From Alphaproteobacteria bacterium (lineage in GTDB: Bacteria > Pseudomonadota > Alphaproteobacteria > SHVV01), in assembly GCA_965261735.1 (NCBI GenBank), contig OZ253470.1, positions 3,008,001 to 3,072,000 on the forward strand: 64,000 nt of DNA. Direction: 5' to 3'. Position numbers and translations under genes: made by a program. Every line of letters begins with the position of its first letter. The stretch's first letter is position 1. The notes under the pieces were generated by a model. It did no database searches. It saw only the letters and a list, made by a program, of their open reading frames with translations, and was not told the DNA's origin. Shown here piece by piece: positions 1 to 9,672 of this stretch.

Positions 1-1
1 C

Positions 2-226
2 CGCTTCGCGATCGACGCGCATCGCGCCAAGCGCTCCAAGGCGATCGGCCGTTCGGCGCTCGACGACATCTCCGGCATCGGCGCCAAGCGCAAGCGCGCC
101 CTGCTGCACCGCTTCGGCTCCGCGCGCGCCGTGGAGAGGGCGGGCCTCGCCGATCTCGAGAGGGTCGACGGTATCAGCAAGACGGTCGCGCGGCTCGTCT
201 ACGACTACTTCCACGCCGAGCGCTGA
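2..226 (+). CDS. uvrC: Excinuclease ABC subunit C, 3' end (partial)
   Basis: Frame 2 reads [42 protein letters not shown] (HhH domain), TGA at 224-226; uvrC-pgsA synteny. Confidence 0.93.
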   Translation, partial: RFAIDAHRAKRSKAIGRSALDDISGIGAKRKRALLHRFGSARAVERAGLADLERVDGISKTVARLVYDYFHAER

Positions 227-283
227 GGGCTGGGGCGGGGTCCGTGTTATGATGGGCGCGCGCCCGGACCGAGGGTTACCGGC

Positions 284-922
284 ATGATCACGAGCTTGCC
301 CAACCTGCTGACTCTGTCGCGCATCCTCGTCATCCCCGCGTTCGTCGCCGCCTTCTATGTCGAGGGCGCCGCCAGCAATTGGATTACCCTGGCCCTGTTC
401 CTCGGGGCCGCCGCCACCGATTTTCTCGATGGCTACATCGCGCGCAAGCGAGACCTGCAATCACGCCTCGGCCGCTTCCTCGACCCGGTCGCCGACAAGC
501 TTCTGGTGGCTGCCGCGGTCCTCATGCTCGTGGCCATGGACCGGATCACCGGCGCGAGCGTGCTCGCCGGACTCGTCATCCTGTGCCGCGAGATCCTCGT
601 GTCGGCATTGCGCGAGTTTCTTGCCGAGGTTCGAGTCGGCGTGCCCGTGTCGAGATTGGCCAAGTGGAAAACGTCGCTGCAGATGGCGGCCATCGCCTTC
701 CTGCTGGCTGGAGACGCGGCGCCCGAGGCCATCGCGGCACCGGTGATCGGCGAGTACGCTTTGTGGATCGCCGCGCTACTCACGCTATATACCGGGTACG
801 ACTATCTGCGGGGCGGGTTGCGCTACCTGTCGGACACGAAATCGGCTGCGCGCCCGCAGGCCTCCGCGCAGGACACAAAAGGAAGCGATGCGGATCTTCG
901 GATTGGTGGGCTGGAGCGGTAG
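284..922 (+). CDS. pgsA: CDP-diacylglycerol--glycerol-3-phosphate 3-phosphatidyltransferase
   Basis: PNLLTLSR; DFLDGYIAR..GRFLDPVADK CDP-alcohol phosphotransferase motif. Confidence 0.95.
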   Translation: MITSLPNLLTLSRILVIPAFVAAFYVEGAASNWITLALFLGAAATDFLDGYIARKRDLQSRLGRFLDPVADKLLVAAAVLMLVAMDRITGASVLAGLVILCREILVSALREFLAEVRVGVPVSRLAKWKTSLQMAAIAFLLAGDAAPEAIAAPVIGEYALWIAALLTLYTGYDYLRGGLRYLSDTKSAARPQASAQDTKGSDADLRIGGLER

Positions 923-1415
923 CGGCAAGACGACGTTGGTCGTCCGGCTCCTGCCCGAGCTCGTCGGCCGCGGCCTGCGCGTGTCGACGGCCAAGCACGC
1001 CCACCACGGCTTTGACATCGACGCGCCGGGCAAGGACTCCTACGAGCACCGCATCGCCGGGGCACACGAGGTCATCGTCAGCTCGGCCCGCCGGTGGGCC
1101 CTCATCCACGAGCATCGCGGCGCGCCGGAACCCGATTTCGATTCCGTCCTAGGCCATCTCGAGCCCGTCGATCTCGCCCTCGTCGAGGGCTTCAAGCACC
1201 ACGCCCACGACAAGCTCGAGGTCCATCGCGCCGCCCTCGGCAAGCCCCTGCTGGCGCCGAACGACCCGCACATCGTGGCCGTCGCCACGGACGCGACGCT
1301 GCCCGACCTCGCGTGCCCCGTCCTCGACCTCGATGACGTCGCCGGCATCGCGGATTTCGTTATCGCCCATTGCCGCCTCGAGGCGCCGGCGGCCGCCGCG
1401 CGCGGCGGCGGCTGA
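888..1415 (+). CDS. mobB: Molybdopterin-guanine dinucleotide biosynthesis protein B
   Basis: GWSGSGKTTL Walker A; KHAHHGFDID..GKDS; VEGFK. Confidence 0.93.
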   Translation: MRIFGLVGWSGSGKTTLVVRLLPELVGRGLRVSTAKHAHHGFDIDAPGKDSYEHRIAGAHEVIVSSARRWALIHEHRGAPEPDFDSVLGHLEPVDLALVEGFKHHAHDKLEVHRAALGKPLLAPNDPHIVAVATDATLPDLACPVLDLDDVAGIADFVIAHCRLEAPAAAARGGG

Positions 1416-1426
1416 AGGCCCCTCAC

Positions 1427-2683
1427 ATGGCGCAGCTTAGCGACGACTGCTTCGCCTTCTCCGGCGACCTGATGACGACCCAGGAGGCGCTCGACCTCAT
1501 CCACGCCCGCGTCGAGCCGGTGACGGAAAGCGAGCCGGTGCGCCTGCGCGAGGCCGTCGGCCGGATCCTCGCCGAGGACGTGATTGCGGCGCTCGACGTT
1601 CCCCCGCACGACAATTCGGCCGTCGACGGCTACGCGTTCACCTACGATGCGCTCGGCGACGGCGCTGAGTCGCGGCTCCGTATGACGGGCCGCGCCACCG
1701 CCGGGCACCCGTTCGCGGGCGTGCCGGCAAGCGGCGATGCCGTGCGCATCTTTACCGGCGCGCCCATGCCCGGCGGATGCGACACCGTCGCCATGCAGGA
1801 GGATTGCCGGGCAGAAGGCGCGTGGATCGTTATTCCGCGTGGCCTGAAGCGAGGCGACAATCGGCGGCGGGCGGGCGAAGACGTTGCCGCCGGCCGCACC
1901 ATCCTATCGATCGGCCAACGGCTGCGTCCCCAGGATGTCGGCCTCGCCGCGTCGGTCGGGCGCACCGAGCTGGTCGGCTACCGGCGCTTGCGCGCCGCCG
2001 TGTTCTCCACCGGCGACGAAGTCCGCGAGCCCGGCCAGGAGCTCGCACCGGGTGCCGTCTACGATGCCAATCGCTATGTCCTCATGGCGTTGCTGCGGGC
2101 GCTCGGCGCAGAGGTCGCCGACCTCGGCATCCTGCCCGACCGCATCGAGCGCGTCGGCCCGGCGCTCGCCGAGGCGGCGCGGGACAACGACGTCGTGATT
2201 ACCTCGGGCGGCGTCTCTGTCGGCCAAGAGGATCGCGTCAAGGAGGCCGTGGAGGCCGCGGGAAGCCTGCATTTCTGGCGGTTGGCGATCAAGCCCGGGC
2301 GGCCCCTGGCCATGGGGCAGATCGGCAGGACCCCGTTCATCGGCCTGCCCGGCAATCCGGTTGCGGCGATGGTGACCTTCGTTCGCTTCGCCCGGCCCTT
2401 GCTGCTACTCCTCGCCGGCGCCGTCGATGTGGCGCCGCAGCTCTTCCGGGTGTACGCGGACTTCGATCACAGGAAGAAGCGCGATCGTCGCGAATGGGTG
2501 CGCAGCCGGCTCGTCGCCGGCGCCGACGGTAAGCTGCTGGCGCGCAAGTTCGAGCGCCAGGGCGCCGGCATCCTGACCTCGCTGGTCGACGCCGACGGCC
2601 TTGTCGAGCTGCCCGAGGAGATGACCCACCTCACGGTCGGCACCCTGGTCGACTTCCTTCCCTTCAGCGAGGTCAGTGGATGA
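1427..2683 (+). CDS. moeA: Molybdopterin molybdotransferase MoeA
   Basis: MAQLSDDCFA start; NSAVDGYA, IFTGAPMP, STGDE, SGGVSVG, LPGNPV motifs. Confidence 0.95.
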   Translation: MAQLSDDCFAFSGDLMTTQEALDLIHARVEPVTESEPVRLREAVGRILAEDVIAALDVPPHDNSAVDGYAFTYDALGDGAESRLRMTGRATAGHPFAGVPASGDAVRIFTGAPMPGGCDTVAMQEDCRAEGAWIVIPRGLKRGDNRRRAGEDVAAGRTILSIGQRLRPQDVGLAASVGRTELVGYRRLRAAVFSTGDEVREPGQELAPGAVYDANRYVLMALLRALGAEVADLGILPDRIERVGPALAEAARDNDVVITSGGVSVGQEDRVKEAVEAAGSLHFWRLAIKPGRPLAMGQIGRTPFIGLPGNPVAAMVTFVRFARPLLLLLAGAVDVAPQLFRVYADFDHRKKRDRREWVRSRLVAGADGKLLARKFERQGAGILTSLVDADGLVELPEEMTHLTVGTLVDFLPFSEVSG

Positions 2684-2937
2684 GGGTGCTGTACTTGGCG
2701 TGGCTGCGCACGAAGGTCGGGCGCGCCGAGGAGGTCCTCGATCCGCCGCCGGCCGTGACCACGGTCGCCGCCCTGATCGAATGGCTCAAGGGGCGTAGCG
2801 CGGGCCACGCCGAGGCGCTCGCCGATCTCAGCGTCGTACGCGCGGCGGTGAACGAGGAGTTCGCCGCGCTCGACGCGCCGGTCCGCGCCGAGGACGAGGT
2901 CGCCCTGTTCCCTCCGGTGACCGGCGGCTCGTCATGA
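2680..2937 (+). CDS. moaD: Molybdopterin synthase sulfur carrier subunit
   Basis: EVALFPPVTGG near the C-terminus (followed by SS); lies between moeA and moaE. Confidence 0.92.
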   Translation: MRVLYLAWLRTKVGRAEEVLDPPPAVTTVAALIEWLKGRSAGHAEALADLSVVRAAVNEEFAALDAPVRAEDEVALFPPVTGGSS

Positions 2938-3386
2938 TCCGGGTGCAGCGCGAGGACTTCGACGTGGGCGCGGAGATCCGGCGGCTCGCGGATGGAAACG
3001 CCGCGGTCGGCGGGGTCGTGACGTTTATCGGCCGCGTGCGCGCCGGCACCGGCCCGTCGGCGATCCGCGCCATGACGCTCGAGCACTATCCGGGCATGAC
3101 CGAGCGCAAGCTGGTCGAAATCGAGGCCGAGGCGCGGGCGCGCTGGACGCTCACCGACATCCTTATTGTCCACCGCTTCGGCCGCCTCGAGCCCGGCGAG
3201 CAGATCGTGCTGGTCATCACCGCCGCCGCCCACCGCGATACTGCCTTCGCAGCCTGCGAGTTCCTCGTCGACTGGCTCAAGACCAGGGCACCGTTCTGGA
3301 AGATGGAGGAAACGGCGGAGGGCGAGAAATGGGTGGCGGCCGAGGCCCGCGACGACGAGGCCGCGAAGCGCTGGACGAACGACTAG
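2934..3386 (+). CDS. moaE: Molybdopterin synthase catalytic subunit
   Basis: LEHYPGM, HRFGRL, LKTRAPFWK motifs. Confidence 0.95.
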   Translation: MIRVQREDFDVGAEIRRLADGNAAVGGVVTFIGRVRAGTGPSAIRAMTLEHYPGMTERKLVEIEAEARARWTLTDILIVHRFGRLEPGEQIVLVITAAAHRDTAFAACEFLVDWLKTRAPFWKMEETAEGEKWVAAEARDDEAAKRWTND

Positions 3387-3732
3387 GCAGCGCGTACTTA
3401 CAAGGGCATTGATCTGCCGCCGAAGCATGGCCCCACGATGCCCGCCAGCAGCCAGTTTCGGACGTTTCCGGAATCGCCGGATTTGTCAGCTGATGACGTT
3501 CCGTCGGACCCAAGAAGCCGGTTCGGTATGATCGCCGACATTACACGCGACCGCGCCTAAGACGATGCTGCACGAGGCCCGAAAAATGCGTGATGCAGTT
3601 TGATTGACGGCAATGGTGTCGCGCGTGCATGGCAGCTGCCCCAGACCCAAGACTCCTTGAGCACCTCTGATAATTCCAGGTGCTCGGCATGGCGCGCCTT
3701 GCCGCTCAGGTAGCGGTTGATGCCGGCTGCGG

Positions 3733-5166
3733 GATCGTGTCCCGCGGAGTGGTGTAAGAGCGTTGCGCTCTACGCGGCTCCCGGCGGGTAGGGCCGGGAC
3801 GTTCAGGCTGCCACGGTGGGCAGCGTGATGGGGACACCATCGCTCAGCGGAGCGATGGATTCCAGCGTCATGTATCTCCTTGAGACGGCCCACTCGTCGT
3901 TCTGCTCGAGAAGGATGGCGCCGACGAGCCGTGTGATGGCGGCTTCGTTGGGAAAGATACCGACGACGTTGGTGCGACGCTTGACCTCGGCATGGAGCCG
4001 TTCGATCGGGTTTGTGGAGTGCAATTTCTGGCGGTGCTCCCTGGGGAAGCTCATGTAGGCGAGGACGTCGTGCTCGGCTTCGTCCATGAGAACTGCCAGC
4101 TTGGGCACCTTGGGCCTGAGCTGGTCGGCGACCTGGCGCCACTGGACCTTCGCGCTGTCGGCGTCCTCCTGGGCGAAGGCGGAGACGACGCGCCGGCCCT
4201 GGCGGCCGGCATGGGCCAGCAGGTTGCGGGCGAAGTGCACGCGGCAGCGCTGCCATGTGGCGCCGAGGATCCGGGTCGCGGCGGCCTTCAGGCCCTTGTG
4301 GTCGTCGGAGATCACCAGCTTCACGCCGCGCAGCCCGCGCCGGGCCAGCGAGCGCAGGAACTCGGTCCAGAAGGTCTCGGCCTCCGACGCGCCGATCGCC
4401 ACGCCCAGGACCTCGCGGCGGCCTTGGTCGTTGACGGCCACAGCCACGGTCACCGTGACCGAGACGATGCGTCCGGTCTGGCGCACCTTCACGTAGGTGG
4501 CGTCGAGCCACAGATAGGGCCAGTCGCCCTCCAGCGGTCGATCGAGGAAGCCGTTGACCTTATCGTCGATCTCGCCGCACAGCCTGGAGACCTGGCTCTT
4601 GGAGGCGCCCGACATCCCCATCGCCTGAACCAGATCGTCGACCGAGCGGGTCGACACCCCCTGGATGTAGGCCTCCTGGATCACCGCAGCCAGCGCCTTC
4701 TCGGCCATCCGCCGCGGCTCCAGGAAGCCCGGGAAGTAGCTTCCCTTCCTCAGCTTCGGGATCTTCAGCTCGACCGTGCCGGCCCGCGTCTCCCAGGACC
4801 GGTCGCGGTAGCCGTTGCGATGGGTGATACGATCCGCCGAGCGCTCGCCGTGCCCGGCGCCGGTCAGGCCCTCAACCTCCAGTGCCATCAGCCGCTCGGC
4901 CGTGAAGCCGATCATCTCGCAAAGCAGATCGGCATCGGAGCTCTTCTCCAAAAGCGCGCGCAGGGTCATCATGTCCTGGGTCATCGTGGTTCTCCTTCGG
5001 GTCAGGTTGGTTTGCACTAGCCCAACCCTAAACCGGAACCGCGATGGCCTCCGCTGTGGATAGCCGGCTTGCCTACGCCAGACTCTCGGCGGTCGCTACG
5101 GCAAGCCGCCTACCCACAGCTACCAGAGGCTCCAACAACTCCTACACCACGTCCTGGGACACGACC
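3733..5166 (-). mobile_element. IS256-family insertion sequence with both ends
   Basis: Imperfect 28-bp terminal IRs (gatcgtgtcccgcggagtggtgtaagag / ggtcgtgtcccaggacgtggtgtaggag); perfect 8-bp TSD ggctgcgg at 3725-3732 and 5167-5174. Confidence 0.93.
3803..4984 (-). CDS. IS256-family (Mutator-type) DDE transposase
   Basis: [46 protein letters not shown] motifs; AGGAG RBS before ATG 4984. Confidence 0.95.
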   Translation of the reverse strand: MTQDMMTLRALLEKSSDADLLCEMIGFTAERLMALEVEGLTGAGHGERSADRITHRNGYRDRSWETRAGTVELKIPKLRKGSYFPGFLEPRRMAEKALAAVIQEAYIQGVSTRSVDDLVQAMGMSGASKSQVSRLCGEIDDKVNGFLDRPLEGDWPYLWLDATYVKVRQTGRIVSVTVTVAVAVNDQGRREVLGVAIGASEAETFWTEFLRSLARRGLRGVKLVISDDHKGLKAAATRILGATWQRCRVHFARNLLAHAGRQGRRVVSAFAQEDADSAKVQWRQVADQLRPKVPKLAVLMDEAEHDVLAYMSFPREHRQKLHSTNPIERLHAEVKRRTNVVGIFPNEAAITRLVGAILLEQNDEWAVSRRYMTLESIAPLSDGVPITLPTVAA

Positions 5167-5672
5167 GGCTGCGGCGGCTGCAGCGTCGCTGGAGAGTAGA
5201 TATCCAGCCATGAAGCCAACTCTGTGATTCCCCGCGTACTTGCCGGTTCCGAATCGGTCGATGCCCTCAACAACATATTCGCGGCAGAGACTCGCGTTTT
5301 TCCCTGCGACGCGCTTGCATTCGATGATGACGTGGGGGTCATGTTCCCCGAGCCGCAGAAAAACCCCTATGAGATAAATCGGTATGTCCGTTCTGCCGTC
5401 CGGGATCAGGACCTCTGCGCTAGAACGGGACTCGGCTCCAGGCGCGACAATCATCCTCTTGCTCCAGGGAAAGCCGTTGCCTTTCAACGCCTCGCGCATG
5501 CCGTCGCGCAGACGTTCCGTGATCTGCACTTCCCGCGCGCTGGCGTTGACGTCCGGGAAGGACGATGCATGCGCCCAACCGGCTTTGAGGGTCAGCAAGA
5601 TCGCGGCAGCGACATCCGGCTCGAGGGCGACCACTTCCCGGCCGGCGATGACCGGGGCGTCATACGGTATCC

Positions 5673-6026
5673 TCATGCGGTGGCACCGGTGACGCTTTCG
5701 GCGATGACAGCGTCAGCATCCTCCAGCGCCGACACACCCATCCACTGGCGACGGGCGGCGGGCTTGATGATCACAACCTCATTGCGGCCATGCACCCGCA
5801 ACTCGCGCTCGCCAATAAGCGAGTTCGCGAGCCGCACGTTCAAGCGTTCGCCGATCCGCGCAAGGAGTTCACCTAGCTCCCCATCCGGTCGGAGAACCTC
5901 CACTCGGGAGGGGCCGGGCTTCTCCTCGATCACGAACCGAACGACCCGGAGCGGATCGCGCTGAGGAAGATTGAAGACCTCGGCGCACATCCGCCGTCGG
6001 TTCCTTGCGGAGAGCCATACGTCGAT
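5673..6026 (-). pseudogene. C-terminal remnant of a large protein, probably an N6-adenine DNA methyltransferase, truncated at IS1595
   Basis: Frame is open from the IS junction (IDVWLSARNRR..) to TGA, with ATGA overlap onto the nuclease gene; tail IIKPAARRQW....ALEDAD recalls C-termini of N-6 methylase proteins (from memory, not searched). Confidence 0.5.
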
Positions 6027-6027
6027 C

Positions 6028-7097
6028 CTTGCCTATCCGGTTTACACCCACACCCACTGGGGCTAGAATGGGCGCAACCCGGATATAGGGGAGCGCGCCA
6101 TGGATGTTCTCGACCGCGCCGATCTCCCATTCCCGCATTCGCTACCCGAGTTCCAGCGACTTTTCCCCGATGATGCGGCCTGCGCCGCCTACCTGGAGAA
6201 AGCCCGCTGGGGAGACGGCTTTGCCTGCCCGCACTACGGCACGGCGGGAGAGCCGTTCCACTTTGAAAACCGCCCTGGCGTCCTGCGCTGCCGCAAGTGC
6301 CGCCAGAACACCGGGCTGACGGTGGGAACAGTGATGGAGCGTAGCCACACTCCGCTGAACGTCTGGTTCTGGGCCGCTTATCTGGTCGCCAGTCAGACGC
6401 CCGGCATGTCCGCCGTGCAGTTTCAGCGGCAACTTGGTCTTTCGCGCTACGAGACGGCCTTTCAAATTCTCCACAAGCTCCGCTCGGGCATGGTGCGGCC
6501 CAACCAAGACAGGATCGGTGGACAGCCCAAGAACCATGTTGAGGTGGACGAAACCTGGGTTGGCGGGCGAACGCGTGGGGAAGGCCGTGGTGTTCACCAC
6601 AAGGTTCCCGTCTCCTGTGCCATCGAGGTGCGTCATCGAAAGCCGGGCACCAAGCTCGACAACCGGAAAGACGGACGCTATGCCGGACGCGTTCGGCTCG
6701 CCGTCGTGCTCGACCGTAGCGCCGAGTCGCTCTGTGGGTTCGTCGAGAGCACCGTCGCGCCGCGATCGCTGATCGTTACTGACGATTGGAGCGGCTATGC
6801 TGGCCTCGGTAAGCGCGGCTATGAGCACTTCGCTGTTGCCGAGTGTGGTGATCCAGAGGTTGCCGAGCAATACCTGCCGATCATCCATCTGGTTTTCGCC
6901 AACCTGAAGACGTGGCTGATCGGTATCCACCACGGCGTTAGCCACCAGCACCTACAAGCCTACCTCAACGAGTTCACCTTCCGCTTCAACAGGCGGTTCT
7001 ACCCGTTCAACGCCTTCCGCTCATTGCTCGGCATCGCGGGCGACACCTCTGCTCCAACCTATGCCGAGCTTTACTCGGGAGAGTGGCGGCACCCTAC
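6028..7097 (+). mobile_element. IS1595-family element, copy 1; right end missing
   Basis: Left IR cttgcctatccggtt at 6028; matches the other copies up to 7097 and lacks their last 35 bp. Confidence 0.9.
6041..6069 (+). promoter_or_regulatory. Sigma70-type transposase promoter in the IS1595 left end
   Basis: TTTACA-17 bp-TAGAAT, 30 bp upstream of ATG 6100; same hexamers in copies 2 and 3, TAGAGT in copy 4. Confidence 0.6.
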
Positions 7098-7272
7098 CCG
7101 CATCGAGCCTGGCCGCGGCGAGATTGGTGCCGCGCAGGTCGGCGCCCTCGAGCACCGCTCCAGAAAGGTCGGTGTTACCGAACTCGGCGACGCTCAGGCT
7201 GGTTCCGCTCAGGTCCGCCAACACGAGGTCGGCGCCCTCGAGCTTGGTTCCGCTGAGATCGCAATCGCGTAG
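6100..7272 (+). CDS. IS1595-family (ISXO2-like) transposase; C-terminus reads through into flanking DNA
   Basis: Zn ribbon (CPHYG here, CPHCG in copies 2/3), [23 protein letters not shown]. Confidence 0.88.
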   Translation: MDVLDRADLPFPHSLPEFQRLFPDDAACAAYLEKARWGDGFACPHYGTAGEPFHFENRPGVLRCRKCRQNTGLTVGTVMERSHTPLNVWFWAAYLVASQTPGMSAVQFQRQLGLSRYETAFQILHKLRSGMVRPNQDRIGGQPKNHVEVDETWVGGRTRGEGRGVHHKVPVSCAIEVRHRKPGTKLDNRKDGRYAGRVRLAVVLDRSAESLCGFVESTVAPRSLIVTDDWSGYAGLGKRGYEHFAVAECGDPEVAEQYLPIIHLVFANLKTWLIGIHHGVSHQHLQAYLNEFTFRFNRRFYPFNAFRSLLGIAGDTSAPTYAELYSGEWRHPTRIEPGRGEIGAAQVGALEHRSRKVGVTELGDAQAGSAQVRQHEVGALELGSAEIAIA

Positions 7273-8098
7273 GTCTGCGCCGCTCAAATAGACGTCGGTG
7301 AGATCGGCACCCGATATCGATAACCCCGAGAGCCTCGCCCGCCGACCTTCGGCGCCGAACGAATCCACCCACAGGGCGTGCTCGCGAATCGCGGTCTGAA
7401 TGTCGGTCGGGAGCTTGGCGACACCGACGCTGACCTTGGCCGCGGTGAGGCTGGCGAGCGATAGGTCGACGTCGGCAATGATGGCGCCGCGCAGGTTTGC
7501 GCCGTTCAGCCGTGCGCCTCGCACATTGGCGCCCCTGAGATTGGCGCCGGTCAGGTTGGCCTCGTCGAGGCGGGCCGCCTCGAGATTCGCACGGCTGAGG
7601 TTGACGCCATGCATGTCCACGCGGGCGGTCGAATCGCCCCTGAGCTTCGACTTCGCCACCGAGGCGTTGTGGACATCCACCTCCGTCAGCGCGACCGGCT
7701 TGGGGCCGCCCGGCTCGCCGGCCGAGGCGCCAGCCCTGAGCATGCGCTTTGCGTCGAGCAGTTTTCCGGGGCGTAGGTCGGCCTCGCGAAAGTTGGCCTC
7801 CTCCAGCGTCGCGTTGCGAAAACGGGAGCCTCTTAGGTCGGCGCCCTCGAAGCTGGCCCCGGACGATTTGCTGCCCTCGAAATTGGCGCCGAACAGATCG
7901 GCCTGAGCAAAGTCGGTCCCCGCGAGATCGCAGCCGCTGAAATCGACCCCGGCCAACTTGGCACCACGAAGATTCAGCGCCGACAGCCGCAGGCCCGCGA
8001 GAGTCTGATGGCTCAGATCGGCGCGCGCGCCACCGGTGAGGCCACGCGTGTGGCCTCTCGTGCCGGCGCAGTATGGATACGAACTCTTCAGGCGTCAT
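7098..8098 (-). pseudogene. Pentapeptide-repeat protein, frameshifted near the 5' end and truncated at the 3' end
   Basis: Many A(D/N)Lxx repeats; MTPEEFVSILRRHE (8098) is out of frame with GLTGGARADL..; 3' end abuts IS1595. Confidence 0.82.
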
Positions 8099-8359
8099 TC
8101 GTGGTCCCCGGTCGGTGGGCCCTCACGAAGACGCTGCTCTACAGCGCTGTTCGTTCCCGCCTATGGGACCGCCAGAATAGCAAACGCGAGCCTCGCGGTC
8201 ACGTCAGCCTGTCGCGCCCCACGCGCGGACCTGAGGAGCCCGCCCGCCCAGTCGTGGGCGCGATCGTCGCGGGGGCGGTGCCTACGGACAGCGGCGCGAA
8301 AATGCTCTATACAACCGGCGCCCGCGCCGCGCTCCGCGCGGGTACCATCGGACGCTTTT

Positions 8360-8446
8360 GCGGGCGTGGCGGAACTGGTAGACGCACAAGACTTAAAATC
8401 TTGGTCCCGCTAGGGAGTGCGGGTTCGAGTCCCGCCGCCCGCACCA
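8360..8446 (+). tRNA. tRNA-Leu(TAA)
   Basis: GCGGGCG/CGCCCGC acceptor stem, anticodon arm CAAGA-CTTAAAA-TCTTG, long variable arm, GGTTCGAGTCC, CCA end. Confidence 0.96.
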
Positions 8447-8512
8447 TCTAGTTGATGAAATCGCGCAGGCGCGACACGCGAGGATTCTGGCCGCGCCACG
8501 GTGTATTGGAGG

Positions 8513-9116
8513 GGATCGTCGCTATCGCCGATGGCGCCGCCGACAACTGGACCTTCCTGGAGACCCTGTCGCCCGAAACCGAGGTGATCGACTTCTGGCA
8601 TGCTTGCGAACATCTGCAAACCGCGTCCGACCATGCCGTGGCGCCTGGCTGGTTCGAGAAGTACCGCGAGATCCTCCGTCACGATCCCCGTGGCGTCGCC
8701 AAGGTGATCCGGGCGCTGCGCCACCTTCGCGATGCCGCCGCTGCGCCGGACCGGGCCGAGACCGAGCGGGAACTCGCCTTCTTCCGCAAGCATCGCCATC
8801 GCATGCGCTACCACGCCCTGAAGGAAGAGGGCATCGCCATCGGCTCAGGCGTGGTCGAGGCTGCCAACAAGATCCCTGGTGACACAGCGCATGAAGCGCT
8901 CCGGCATGCGCTGGCGGATCGTCGGCGGACAGGCTGTTCTGACCTTCCGCGCCCTGATCAAATCCGGCCGCTTCGAGCGCGCATGGAAGGCCCTGATCAG
9001 CGCAACCGACACACCGGCCAACGACAACATCAGTCCACGTGCAGCAGCCATGGCAATCGCTGCCTGAACTCAACGAACCAAGCCGCAGACATCACTGCCA
9101 TGCGAGACTCGCACCC
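8513..9116 (+). mobile_element. ISKra4-family transposase 3' fragment (frameshifted) with probable right end
   Basis: ADGA..W, DFWHACEHL, RMRY..IGSGVVEAANK / RMKRSGMRW motifs; +1 shift near 8875; ends gagactcgcaccc; left boundary approximate. Confidence 0.8.
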
Positions 9117-9445
9117 TATACGTGTATCGGTTTCTTCTGAAGATGGGCCTAGAGCTCCTACATGAAGATGGGATCGATAACGCCCTAACTAGTCGATACC
9201 TGGCGGCGAGGCGGTTTGCCCGAATTTGCCAAACGGGTTCCAGGTGGTGGTTCGGCCTCGTCGAACATGAGGTGCCTAAAACTCCAGTAGGACTTGCGAT
9301 TAACGATGTGAAAGACCGAGATTTCGTGTTCTCGATCTCCAATGGCCGAACGATGCTCTTTACTCCCGTACTATCGAGCATCATCTCTGATAGTGCTTTG
9401 GCGCTATCTGGAGCTAGAGTTCGTATTCACCATTGTAAGAGTTGA
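9117..9445 (+). pseudogene. Low-GC cargo gene, C-terminal fragment (unknown; possibly HNH-nuclease associated)
   Basis: Open frame YRFLLKMGLELL..AARRFAR..W begins at the ISKra4 end; AT-richer than the host. Confidence 0.4.
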
Positions 9446-9543
9446 TTTGGAGAATATTGGCTCCCCTTCCGAGTATCTAACAATGCAACTTGTCGCGAGT
9501 TGGCCGTGGCCCGTTTAGCTGGAGCAACGGCAGCGTCATCAAA

Positions 9544-9627
9544 CACCGGCCCCAGGTGCCGCTGGATAACAATCTCGCAGAAAGGGTGCTCAGAGGGCCG
9601 GCGATCGGAAGACGACTGTCATTCGGC
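9544..9627 (+). pseudogene. IS66-family transposase (TnpC) micro-fragment
   Basis: Translates HRPQVPLDNNLAERVLRGPAIGRRLSFG, matching the IS66 DNNxAERxLR motif. Confidence 0.7.
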
Positions 9628-9672
9628 ATCAAACTAAGTAACTGATTCTCAAGCATTCTCAACTGATTCAAG

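Larger units (their letters stand above)
3557..5676 (-). pseudogene. Putative PD-(D/E)xK nuclease (225 aa reconstructed) split by IS256
   Basis: Removing the IS and one TSD copy joins 5676-5167 in frame to 3724-3557 (..DAAAAAA/GINRYLSGK..KLHHAFFGPRAASS*); E..PDGRTD..IECKR motif. Confidence 0.75.

Noticed and set aside
5061-5112. Long hairpin suggesting an ncRNA
   Set aside because: Lies in the IS256 leader and recurs in copy 2; no independent evidence for an RNA gene
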